Assembly (NCBI RefSeq): GCF_009831105.1
Contig: NZ_WUUQ01000002.1
Span: 420,001 to 452,000, forward strand
From: Copranaerobaculum intestinale
Lineage (GTDB): Bacteria; Bacillota_I; Bacilli_A; Erysipelotrichales; Erysipelotrichaceae
Direction of reading: 5' to 3'
Length of the DNA: 32,000 bases
Made by a program: the position numbers and the translations under genes. The first letter of the stretch is position 1. Each line of letters begins with the position of its first letter. The notes under the pieces were generated by a model that was not told where the DNA came from, did not search any database, and saw only the letters and a list, made by a program, of their open reading frames with translations. Below are positions 9,628 to 17,217 of this stretch, in pieces.

Positions 9628-10662
9628 GTGGAACAGAACCGTTATCGGGCCCTGGATATCATGAAATTCGTATGTGCGCTAATCGTTATCATCGTACACA
9701 CTTCACCGCTTAGGCCATACAGCCATTTGGGAAATTTTATTCTGATCAATGTGTTCGGACGTTTTGCCGTGCCTTTTTTCTTTATCTGTGCCGGCTATTT
9801 TGTACATGTGAATACCTTGAAATACGGTTCGTTTTATTTTAAAAAATATATTTGGGCGCTGATACGACTTTATTTGATTTGGAGTATCGTCTATTTGCCG
9901 TTCGGCATTGACTGGGTTCGTTCCAATATGGATATTCCGATGTATCTTATGCCAGCTGCCCTGCTTGTCGGACTGTTTTACAGCGGCACGTATTTTCATC
10001 TTTGGTACATCCCGGCCCTGTTATTTTCATTGATCGTCGTGCATTGGTTCTCCCGCCGCTATCATTCTTATAAAGCGCTGCTGATCTGCGGCTTTCTGCT
10101 GCTTTGTCTGGGGGCGATGGAAACCTATTACGGCGTTATATCCAATGAATTTATTATTAAGGTATTCGATCAGTACATTAAGATTTTCTTTACGACTCGC
10201 AATGGTTTGTTTTATGGTTTATTCTATGTTGCGTGTGGTTATTATCTGGTCGGCAGTGAACGTTTGAAACGAATCGGCCATTATGGTTTGCTGACAATAC
10301 TATTTTTTGGCTTAATGGTAGCAGAGGCATTCTTGTTGTATAATACCAACTCTCTTGATTTCAATTTTCTTATCATGGCAGCACCGTTTACGGTTTATCT
10401 GTTCCTGTTTTTAAAAGATCTGCCGTGTAACCTGAAACTGCCTTATCACAAATTACAGGAGTATAGCACATTGTATTATTTTACCCATGCAATGTTTTTG
10501 GTGCTGATTCCTGCATTCTTGCAGCTTTTTCATCAGGAATGGCTGTTCGATGACGGTATGTTTCGATTTATCAGCGTCATGATCTGTACTCATCTTTTAT
10601 CGGCAGCTCTCTATCGTTACGGTATATATAAAAAAAATAAGAAGCGGTCAGCTTCTTACTAA
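9628..10662 (+). CDS. acyltransferase-3 family membrane protein, VanT N-terminal-domain-like (paralog of 23162..24214)
   Basis: It is multi-TM. Motifs shared with the paralog and with the VanT membrane domain are RFAVPFFFICAGYF, YFHLWYIPALL and TRNGLFYGLFYV. The GTG start is supported by N-terminal alignment with the paralog (YRALDIMKFVCAL vs FYGLDITKFICAL). Confidence 0.8.
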   Translation: MEQNRYRALDIMKFVCALIVIIVHTSPLRPYSHLGNFILINVFGRFAVPFFFICAGYFVHVNTLKYGSFYFKKYIWALIRLYLIWSIVYLPFGIDWVRSNMDIPMYLMPAALLVGLFYSGTYFHLWYIPALLFSLIVVHWFSRRYHSYKALLICGFLLLCLGAMETYYGVISNEFIIKVFDQYIKIFFTTRNGLFYGLFYVACGYYLVGSERLKRIGHYGLLTILFFGLMVAEAFLLYNTNSLDFNFLIMAAPFTVYLFLFLKDLPCNLKLPYHKLQEYSTLYYFTHAMFLVLIPAFLQLFHQEWLFDDGMFRFISVMICTHLLSAALYRYGIYKKNKKRSASY

Positions 10663-11202
10663 AATAAATAAGCAGGTAAGGAAGGATACTGCCAAGCGCC
10701 GAGGTACCAACGAACATAATCCCTGTTTGGCGAACTCAGCCAATGCACAGTATTTATCGACTCCCTGTACGACCCATGCCTCTTTGTGACGGGGCATTTT
10801 TATCGAAATCGGCCACATGTGATGCAGGATGATATCTTCCATCAGATCATTGATCTCCATATGCAGCTGTGCATTTTGCAGGGCAATCTGCGGATGGACG
10901 ACACTGTGGCGTCCTTCGATTGGCTGTTCATCATTTCGCCAATCATATAGGTATAGGTCATGAACGAGAGCTGCTCTGGCAGCACTTACATAATCCATAT
11001 GGAAGCGACGACAAATCAGAAATGTGTAATAGGATACATTCAGACAATGCTGAAAACGTGATGTTTTGAAATGCTGATAGAAGCTTTTCAATTGCTTTAC
11101 ATCATCAATTTCCAAGATATCATGGATACAATTTAAGAATTCCTGCGCAATCGCATGATCGGCAGACTGCAGGTCAATACGTGACAAAATAGCTTTCTGC
11201 AT
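10648..11202 (-). CDS. HD-domain phosphohydrolase
   Basis: HD signature residues are present (H...HCLNVS..., LVHDLYLYDW). The internal ATG at 11202 (MQKAILS) has a GAAAGGTGA RBS. The upstream ATG at 11223 has none. Confidence 0.7.
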   Translation of the reverse strand: MQKAILSRIDLQSADHAIAQEFLNCIHDILEIDDVKQLKSFYQHFKTSRFQHCLNVSYYTFLICRRFHMDYVSAARAALVHDLYLYDWRNDEQPIEGRHSVVHPQIALQNAQLHMEINDLMEDIILHHMWPISIKMPRHKEAWVVQGVDKYCALAEFAKQGLCSLVPRRLAVSFLTCLFILVRS

Positions 11203-11353
11203 GACATCACCTTTCTCATACATATGATTACTCTATCACATTTTATACTTATTTGAAAGTGAAAGAATATGTGAAATTAAAGACAACCTAATTCTACCTT
11301 TTTAATGGAAACTCGGCTATAATAAAATTAAATCATGAGAAAGAGGAAGATAC

Positions 11354-12349
11354 ATGCTTACCATTGATTCTATGTATATACAGGTTATGGATCCGTCGCG
11401 GGATATTTTAATCTGTTCTGATATGCCGGTACAGGGTGATGAAGACATCGAACGGATCATAAAAACGAAAATGGGGAAATGCTTTCAGAACAAAGGGTAC
11501 CGTCAAGCGGTTTTTCGCAGCGATGCCAAATGGCGTAAGCAGCTTGAAAAATGGCAGCGGGAAGAATGTTCACTGCGTGATATGACCGGTTTATTGGCCG
11601 ATGATATCTTTCAGAAAAAGAAGGATAACGGTTGTTATTATGCAAGCGATATATGGCTGGCTGAGGCTGTGTATGAAGAACGGCGCTATCTGGTAATTGT
11701 GGATAACGCTTATCGATACGGCATAACGCATCAAGTCTTTGCTAAGGATCAGAGCACATCTGTCGATCTGATACGCGACCATGGCTTTTACCAGGAAAAT
11801 ATTATGAAAGAGGATTGTGTGGTTCTGATTGAAAAAAGTGATTTGATGGTTCAAATTTTGGAACATCAGATGGATACATCCGGTCAGAAAATTGATTTGT
11901 ATGCGGATAAAATCTTAATGTGTGAGGCTAAGCCCTCTTATCCGCAGAGTGTTAAAATTGTGACTGAAGCAGTGGAAACATTGGTGAAGGATTTTAATCT
12001 GAATCAGAATGAGGTGCTTCCAAAAATGAAGCAGCTGTTGGTAGACGGCACGGAGAATCAGAAGGATGTCGATGTGAAGGAAATGGCTGAGATTCTGTTT
12101 TCGCAGCCGCATGTTCAGAAGGAGTTTCATGAGAAGCTGGAAAGCGATGGGCTTCCGGCGTTCATTCCCACTGCTCAGGGTAAAGCAGTGCGTAAGGAAC
12201 GAGTACAAAAGCTGAAAACGGATAATGGTATTGAAATTGCTATACCGATTGATTACATGAATCAAAGCGATTATGTAGACATCAGCCACCAGGAGGATGG
12301 CACCATTACCATCCGATTAAAAAATATTAATCATATTAAGAGCAGATAA
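11354..12349 (+). CDS. nucleoid-associated protein, NA37/YejK(NdpA)-like (tentative)
   Basis: The 331-aa length fits. The central hydrophobic core is RRYLVIVDNAYRY. The C-terminal KLKTDNGIEIAIPIDY...EDGTITIRLKNINHI resembles Firmicutes NA37 family members as I recall them. The RBS is AAGAGGAAG. Confidence 0.5.
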   Translation: MLTIDSMYIQVMDPSRDILICSDMPVQGDEDIERIIKTKMGKCFQNKGYRQAVFRSDAKWRKQLEKWQREECSLRDMTGLLADDIFQKKKDNGCYYASDIWLAEAVYEERRYLVIVDNAYRYGITHQVFAKDQSTSVDLIRDHGFYQENIMKEDCVVLIEKSDLMVQILEHQMDTSGQKIDLYADKILMCEAKPSYPQSVKIVTEAVETLVKDFNLNQNEVLPKMKQLLVDGTENQKDVDVKEMAEILFSQPHVQKEFHEKLESDGLPAFIPTAQGKAVRKERVQKLKTDNGIEIAIPIDYMNQSDYVDISHQEDGTITIRLKNINHIKSR

Positions 12350-12360
12350 GGAGGAACGAT

Positions 12361-12993
12361 ATGATTGCATTAGAAAGAACAAGTGTTATGAATTTAGAAA
12401 ATGCCATGCGTGGAGCCCGCAACCCTTTAAACAGCTGGAATCGAACGGACAGCTCCTATGACGGGAAAGGAAACTATATTTTGGGTCCAAATGATTTAAA
12501 TCTCGCTAAACGGCTTGCCCACGCAGGAAGTGATCACCGCAAGTTTATTCGTCAGATCATTGTTTCGGTAGACATTACCGGACCGCTGTATTGGTGGAAG
12601 GAATTTGACACTTATAAGGTAGGCACGGTGGCGAATTCCACTTCTACGATGCATAAAATACATGCCAAGGAATTTACGCTGGATGATTTTTCTCACGATC
12701 ATATGAATGAGGAAGCGCTGGCATCCCTGCAGCAGACGGTAAATACTTTGGAATCTTTGCGCATTCAATATCTGGAAACCAAAGATAAAACAATTTGGTA
12801 TTCTCTGATTCAGCTTTTGCCAAGCTCGTATAACCAGATGCGCACTTGTACGATGAATTACGAGAACCTGGTGAATATGTATCATGCCCGCCGCACACAT
12901 AAGCTTGAGGAATGGCATGAAGTGTGCCGCTGGATTGAAACGCTGCCGTATGCGGCTGACTTGATTGTACAGGAAGAAAATGAATCAAAATAA
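12361..12993 (+). CDS. ThyX-fold (flavin-dependent thymidylate synthase-like) protein with degenerate ThyX motif
   Basis: It is collinear with the T. maritima ThyX blocks, but RHR...SxRY is replaced by DTYK...STMH. The RBS AAGGAGG is present. It starts 11 nt after the preceding stop. Confidence 0.6.
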   Translation: [210 protein letters not shown]

Positions 12994-13009
12994 AAATTGA
13001 AGCTGTGTT

Positions 13010-13080
13010 AAAAAAACAGCTGCCAAATGATATGTACCCAGATTTCTGGACACATATCAAAACTCGGCGGCTGCTTTTTT
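13010..13080. terminator. nested-hairpin bidirectional terminator between convergent genes
   Basis: The outer stem CAGCTGCC (13017-24) / GGCGGCTG (13066-73) encloses the inner hairpin GATATGT..ACATATC. An A7 run lies upstream and a T6 run downstream. Confidence 0.6.
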
Positions 13081-13195
13081 CTGAATTCATATTCATTTCG
13101 AACTGGCGTGTATGGCTGCATAGCTTGTGAGAGCTGAAGGCTTCATGAAATTATAAAAAGTTTTAAAGGTTCTGTATCGAATTCTGCTTCAATGT

Positions 13196-13759
13196 CTAAT
13201 TTTTAATCAGCTCTATCTCATTTTCCAGAATCAGCATAAGTGCGTTTGCTTCAGCAAATCTTAAAATATCTGTCAATTCCTGATAAACCGAATCTGTCAG
13301 GTGCAAAGATCGGATATTTTTACTGTATGTTTTCAGTGATCCAAAGCACATCGGCTCTGCATTCAAGTCGGCGTAATCAAAAACGCAGGCTTCACTGACC
13401 GGCAAGTAGGCTTGCGGTTCCCACATGATTGCGAGCTTGCTTTTCAGCAGTCCGTCATTGACTTTTTGAAACAGCCGGTCTTCTTCAAGTGAAGCAGGAT
13501 TTTTGGGAATCGGTTTTTTCTGTTCCTGATACAATAAACTTAACATCCAGGATTCGTATTGAATATCGCTGACTTCGATCGTTTTACATAGCGGTTCTTC
13601 CTCCTGCCATCCGGTTAACTCCATATTCACTTCATGAAGGGTTGACTTTAGAGCCTCCTGCCAGGCAATGCCGTTCTTTATAACCAACGCTTCTATTTCT
13701 TGAAGTTCATTCTGACTTTGATAATATCCGTGCCAGTTGCATGCATATAGTTTCATCAT
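13196..13759 (-). CDS. hypothetical protein (187 aa), no recognised domain
   Basis: The start is at ATGATG 13759 with an AAAGGAG RBS. The longer track ORF (to 14224) overlaps the opposite-strand PocR gene and has no RBS. Confidence 0.6.
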   Translation of the reverse strand: MMKLYACNWHGYYQSQNELQEIEALVIKNGIAWQEALKSTLHEVNMELTGWQEEEPLCKTIEVSDIQYESWMLSLLYQEQKKPIPKNPASLEEDRLFQKVNDGLLKSKLAIMWEPQAYLPVSEACVFDYADLNAEPMCFGSLKTYSKNIRSLHLTDSVYQELTDILRFAEANALMLILENEIELIKN

Positions 13760-13825
13760 GTACGCTCCTTTCTTTTTTATTATAAACGAATCACCAGAAA
13801 ATACGATGTATTTTCCTGCTTTTTC

Positions 13826-13834
13826 TGCTACAAT
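13826..13834 (+). promoter_or_regulatory. extended -10 element TGcTACAAT upstream of the PocR-domain gene
   Basis: Read directly from the sequence, 25 nt upstream of the ATG at 13859. Confidence 0.35.
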
Positions 13835-13858
13835 AAGCATGGAAAGAACGGTGATACA

Positions 13859-14362
13859 ATGGAATTTCATGAAGCAGTGGAAACAGCGCTGCGCGAGTAT
13901 CAGCATATTACGGGTCTGCGCGGCTATTTGATAAAAAATGCGGGTGATCTGGATAGTGCCAGTGAGCGTAACTATTTCTGTAAGTGCTTGAAAACAAGCA
14001 ATAAAGCACTGTCGATGTGCAAGGAGTGTGCGGCAGAAAACTTCCAGGAAGCGATTTCGAAGCCTGGAGAAAATATATATTGCTGTCATGCGGGGTTGAT
14101 TAAATGGACCTTGCCAGTAAACCATAATCAGCAGAAGTGTGTGATCGTAATGGAAGGTGTGCTCAGTAAAAAACAGTTGGAAGAAAGTGGAGAGTGGGCA
14201 AAGTATTTGGAGAAAACTTATCATGTAGATGCGGACTTGATGGAACGGACCTTAAAATATGTGAAAGTAATGGATGAACCGGAACTGAATGCGGGAATTG
14301 CTTTGATGAAGCATCTGCTCACATATTATCTCACGTTCAGCAGGGAAACCGTTGCCAATTAA
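13859..14362 (+). CDS. stand-alone PocR sensory-domain protein
   Basis: The Cys/His pattern typical of PocR domains is present: FCKCL...CKEC...YCCHAGL...PV. The 167-aa product has no attached output domain. Confidence 0.65.
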   Translation: MEFHEAVETALREYQHITGLRGYLIKNAGDLDSASERNYFCKCLKTSNKALSMCKECAAENFQEAISKPGENIYCCHAGLIKWTLPVNHNQQKCVIVMEGVLSKKQLEESGEWAKYLEKTYHVDADLMERTLKYVKVMDEPELNAGIALMKHLLTYYLTFSRETVAN

Positions 14363-14380
14363 AAAAGCACCTCCGTGCTT

Positions 14381-15265
14381 TTATGGCTGTATAGGAAAAG
14401 ATAACGGCGGTGGACAGCTGATTGTTATCTTTTTTTCATAAATAGGATGATAAAAGGTTAATTTCCACGCATGCAGTGCGAGTGAATGATCGTTTGAAGC
14501 GGAACCGTAAATCGGATCATACAGGATCGGATGTTTCAAGGAAGCCAAATGCACGCGAATTTGATGGGTGCGGCCGGTTTCCAGCCTGCATTCTACCAGA
14601 CTGCTGTTATCCTGATGACGAAGTGTTCGATAATGGGTGATGGAGGCTTTACCTGATGAAGAAATTCGAAAACGATTGCTTTGATGACGATCTTTACCGA
14701 TTGGCTTGTTGATCACGCCATGCTTAGGTAAGACGATTCCTTCGGTTACTGCTAAATATGTGCGATATATTTGTTTTTCCTGCATCAGTTTATCCATCAG
14801 AGGCTGAAGCAGCGTGCATTTACATACCAGCAATACCCCGCTGGTATCGCGGTCAAGCCGATGCAGGGGACGAACCGGATAATCAATTCCCTGCCGGTTG
14901 TAATAAAAGGCAATTTGATTCACCAAAGTATGATGTTGATCAGGATGATCAGGGTGTACCAGTAAATTAGCAGGTTTATTTACGGCAAGAAAAAAAGCAT
15001 CTTCATAGAGCACGTCCACTTCATGATTATCTAAAAGAAAATCAATACCGGATGAGAATGCTTTGATATCCAACTGATCATGATATTGTAAGCGGGTTGT
15101 GCGTGCCGGTAATTTTCGTTGGAGCTGTATTTCATGGTTTTGAAAGAGCAGATGCTGTTTAGAACGGGAAGGTACCATATGATCCAACCATTCCTGAAGG
15201 GTATGATTTTCCCAGGCTTTATCAATGTTGATTGATATCCAGTTTTGCTTGATGACGGTTTTCAT
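14381..15265 (-). CDS. RluA-family (RluD-like) pseudouridine synthase with N-terminal S4-like domain
   Basis: The catalytic motif HRLDRDTSGVLLV and the motif GRTHQIRVHLA are present. The RBS GGAGGA lies 6 nt upstream. Confidence 0.9.
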   Translation of the reverse strand: MKTVIKQNWISINIDKAWENHTLQEWLDHMVPSRSKQHLLFQNHEIQLQRKLPARTTRLQYHDQLDIKAFSSGIDFLLDNHEVDVLYEDAFFLAVNKPANLLVHPDHPDQHHTLVNQIAFYYNRQGIDYPVRPLHRLDRDTSGVLLVCKCTLLQPLMDKLMQEKQIYRTYLAVTEGIVLPKHGVINKPIGKDRHQSNRFRISSSGKASITHYRTLRHQDNSSLVECRLETGRTHQIRVHLASLKHPILYDPIYGSASNDHSLALHAWKLTFYHPIYEKKITISCPPPLSFPIQP

Positions 15266-15370
15266 ATAGAATCCTCCATTTGATGATATTTTATCATGAA
15301 ATACAAACAGCAGGCAAAAACAAGAGCTTTTATGCTCTGTTCTGGCTTATCTTACGTTTGTATTCATCGA

Positions 15371-15409
15371 GAAAAAAGAATGTCAAAATCAATTCTGACA
15401 TTCTTTTTA
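15371..15409 (-). terminator. rho-independent terminator after the LRR protein gene
   Basis: A perfect 9-bp stem AGAATGTCA / TGACATTCT is flanked by A6 and T5 runs. Confidence 0.75.
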
Positions 15410-15432
15410 TTTCGTTTTGTTTTTGATTTGTA

Positions 15433-16632
15433 TTATTTTTGTGCATGTTTTCTGTTTTTATATGCTGAAAACCATAATGCACCGACCGACATAAACAATA
15501 AACTGTTAAGGATGAAAAGATGAGATGTATCACCGGTTGCCGGAGTTAGCTGAGTAGTGGAAGCATTGTTTTCGATCATATGTAAATTTAAAGTTACTTG
15601 CAAGGAGTTTTTTAAACTGTCGACAATATCAATATCATATTCATAGATGATTGGGGTTCCAATTTTATATTTGGTTACCATACCGGTTGCCGGATTCAGT
15701 TCAGCACCGCTGATAATATGAACTTTATCAAGATTAATACCGGCAAAAGCGTCTTTCATATTAAATGAATCCCCAGAAACGTTCATATCAATGCTTGAAT
15801 CCTGTATGGTTACGTTACGAATAAAGTTTCCGCCGAAATTTAGCCATGCAAGGGGAGTATATGAACAATTCACAGTATTTAAATTGGTATTCTTACTTAA
15901 GTCTAAAGATTGAATGTTTGTATTGTCACAATTTAATTTAGTTAGATAGTGATTTTGGCTGATATCTAAAGCTGAGATATTGGTATGATCACATTCTAAA
16001 GTTTCTAAAACGGTATTCTTACTGGTGTTTAGAACAGTGATACCGGTGCCTGAACAATTCAAAGTTTTTAAATTTTTAAATAATTCAATTCCTTTTAAAT
16101 TTTTTACCGGACTTTGATTTTGAATATTTATTTCGGTTACCTCATTGATTGTGATAAAACCGGTACCGGTTTTATCATATTGATCTGATAAATACTTTCT
16201 AAAAAAATCATCGGGAAAGTTTTCAACGGTTACCGCAGCTTTTTCTGTATCCGATAAGCGATCAATGACAAGCGTAGATGTATAGCTGCTAAAGGATGCT
16301 TCATATTGAATTTTATATTCTATTGTTAAAAGGATTGACCCATCAGCTTTAACTGTCGCATCAGTTTTATCAAAGGTTGTTATGTAAAACACTGATAATT
16401 TTTGCGTATCGATCAATTCTTTTGTTAGGAAGCTTTTAATATCTTGCGATGAAGTGGTATTAACCGGCTGATAGGAATCGAGGGAAGCCTTGATCGCCTG
16501 TTGCGCTTCTTGTGTAGTTTGAATCAGTGGTGAACTAGAGCTGGTTGCTTTGACATTCGTAATAGGTGCTGAGGTGTAAATCAGTCCGATGATCAGAAAT
16601 ACGGAAATCACTTTTTTTAAATGGTTTTTCAT
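15433..16632 (-). CDS. secreted, cell-wall-anchored leucine-rich-repeat protein (Cys-ladder/internalin-J-like 21-22-aa LRRs)
   Basis: The signal peptide is MKNHLKKVISVFLIIGLIYTSAPITNVKA. Tandem repeats read L..L.C..T.I..L..S.N. The C-terminal TPATGD is followed by a hydrophobic stretch and a KNRKHAQK tail, which is a sortase-type sorting signal. The start at 16632 has an AAGGAGGA RBS. Confidence 0.8.
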   Translation of the reverse strand: MKNHLKKVISVFLIIGLIYTSAPITNVKATSSSSPLIQTTQEAQQAIKASLDSYQPVNTTSSQDIKSFLTKELIDTQKLSVFYITTFDKTDATVKADGSILLTIEYKIQYEASFSSYTSTLVIDRLSDTEKAAVTVENFPDDFFRKYLSDQYDKTGTGFITINEVTEINIQNQSPVKNLKGIELFKNLKTLNCSGTGITVLNTSKNTVLETLECDHTNISALDISQNHYLTKLNCDNTNIQSLDLSKNTNLNTVNCSYTPLAWLNFGGNFIRNVTIQDSSIDMNVSGDSFNMKDAFAGINLDKVHIISGAELNPATGMVTKYKIGTPIIYEYDIDIVDSLKNSLQVTLNLHMIENNASTTQLTPATGDTSHLFILNSLLFMSVGALWFSAYKNRKHAQK

Positions 16633-16693
16633 GCTTTTGTTTCCTCCTTTTTTGCATGATTTGAACATGGTTATTCAGTTCAAAAAGCAAGAA

Positions 16694-17047
16694 TCAGTTG
16701 GTTTCAATACCGTCCAGGGCATAGCTGATTTTTTCCTGTGTGATCGGTTTCAAATTAAAATAGGATACACATTGACGATAGGCTTGTACTCCGAAATCCA
16801 GATCGGAAAACCAGATGATATTTCTGGAAGATGATTTTAAACCGGTAACAATATCTAATCCCTCGATACCGTTTTGGGCCACAATTACGACATCTGCTTC
16901 TTTTTGCCGAAGCTGTCGGCTGAATTCCAGCCAATCTTTACAGCAGCGGATTTGAATATCGCATCCTTTTTTTTGATAATAATGAAAGACAAATTCTTCA
17001 ATTTGGAAACACTCTCGTTCGTGGTAGTCGCAAATGATCATTTCCAT
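16694..17047 (-). CDS. stand-alone receiver-like (pseudo-receiver) domain protein
   Basis: It has the CheY-like layout, but the phospho-acceptor position reads DVVIVAQ, with Ala where Asp is expected. Ser and Lys (LKP) are retained. The RBS is AAAGGAGAA. Confidence 0.55.
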   Translation of the reverse strand: MEMIICDYHERECFQIEEFVFHYYQKKGCDIQIRCCKDWLEFSRQLRQKEADVVIVAQNGIEGLDIVTGLKSSSRNIIWFSDLDFGVQAYRQCVSYFNLKPITQEKISYALDGIETN

Positions 17048-17106
17048 TTGAATCTTCTCCTTTCGCTTGCCGGTGCTTGATTAAAGGGTAAGCAAAAAGT
17101 GCTCTT

Positions 17107-17137
17107 TACGCAAGGGAGTGGCTGGATCTCGCAAGTT
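17107..17137. promoter_or_regulatory. direct repeat CGCAAG...CGCAAG with 21-bp periodicity; candidate LytTR binding site
   Basis: The hexamers at 17109-17114 and 17130-17135 sit in the divergent intergenic region, upstream of a possible TTGTTT-N17-TAAAAT promoter. Confidence 0.25.
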
Positions 17138-17217
17138 TTGGCAGAATCTTGATTGTTTGATGATCTATTTTCATGTAAAATTAAAGTAAGTCATATATTA
17201 GAAAGAGGGTATTGAGG

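Noticed and set aside
10648-10662. The acyltransferase and HD genes, which are convergent, overlap by 15 nt at their 3' ends.
   Set aside because: The overlap is real in the sequence. Such overlaps are common and carry no evident regulatory structure, so it is not reported as a finding.
13760-14224. The track ORF 13196..14224 (minus strand) carries an N-terminal extension of 155 codons.
   Set aside because: The extension overlaps the opposite-strand PocR gene and the shared promoter region. The internal ATGATG at 13759 has a proper AAAGGAG RBS.
15296-15533. Two small ORFs (75 aa on the plus strand, 67 aa on the minus strand) span the rluA/LRR intergenic region.
   Set aside because: They run through the 15371-15409 terminator hairpin and the 3' end of the LRR gene. 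They have no RBS and are low in complexity.
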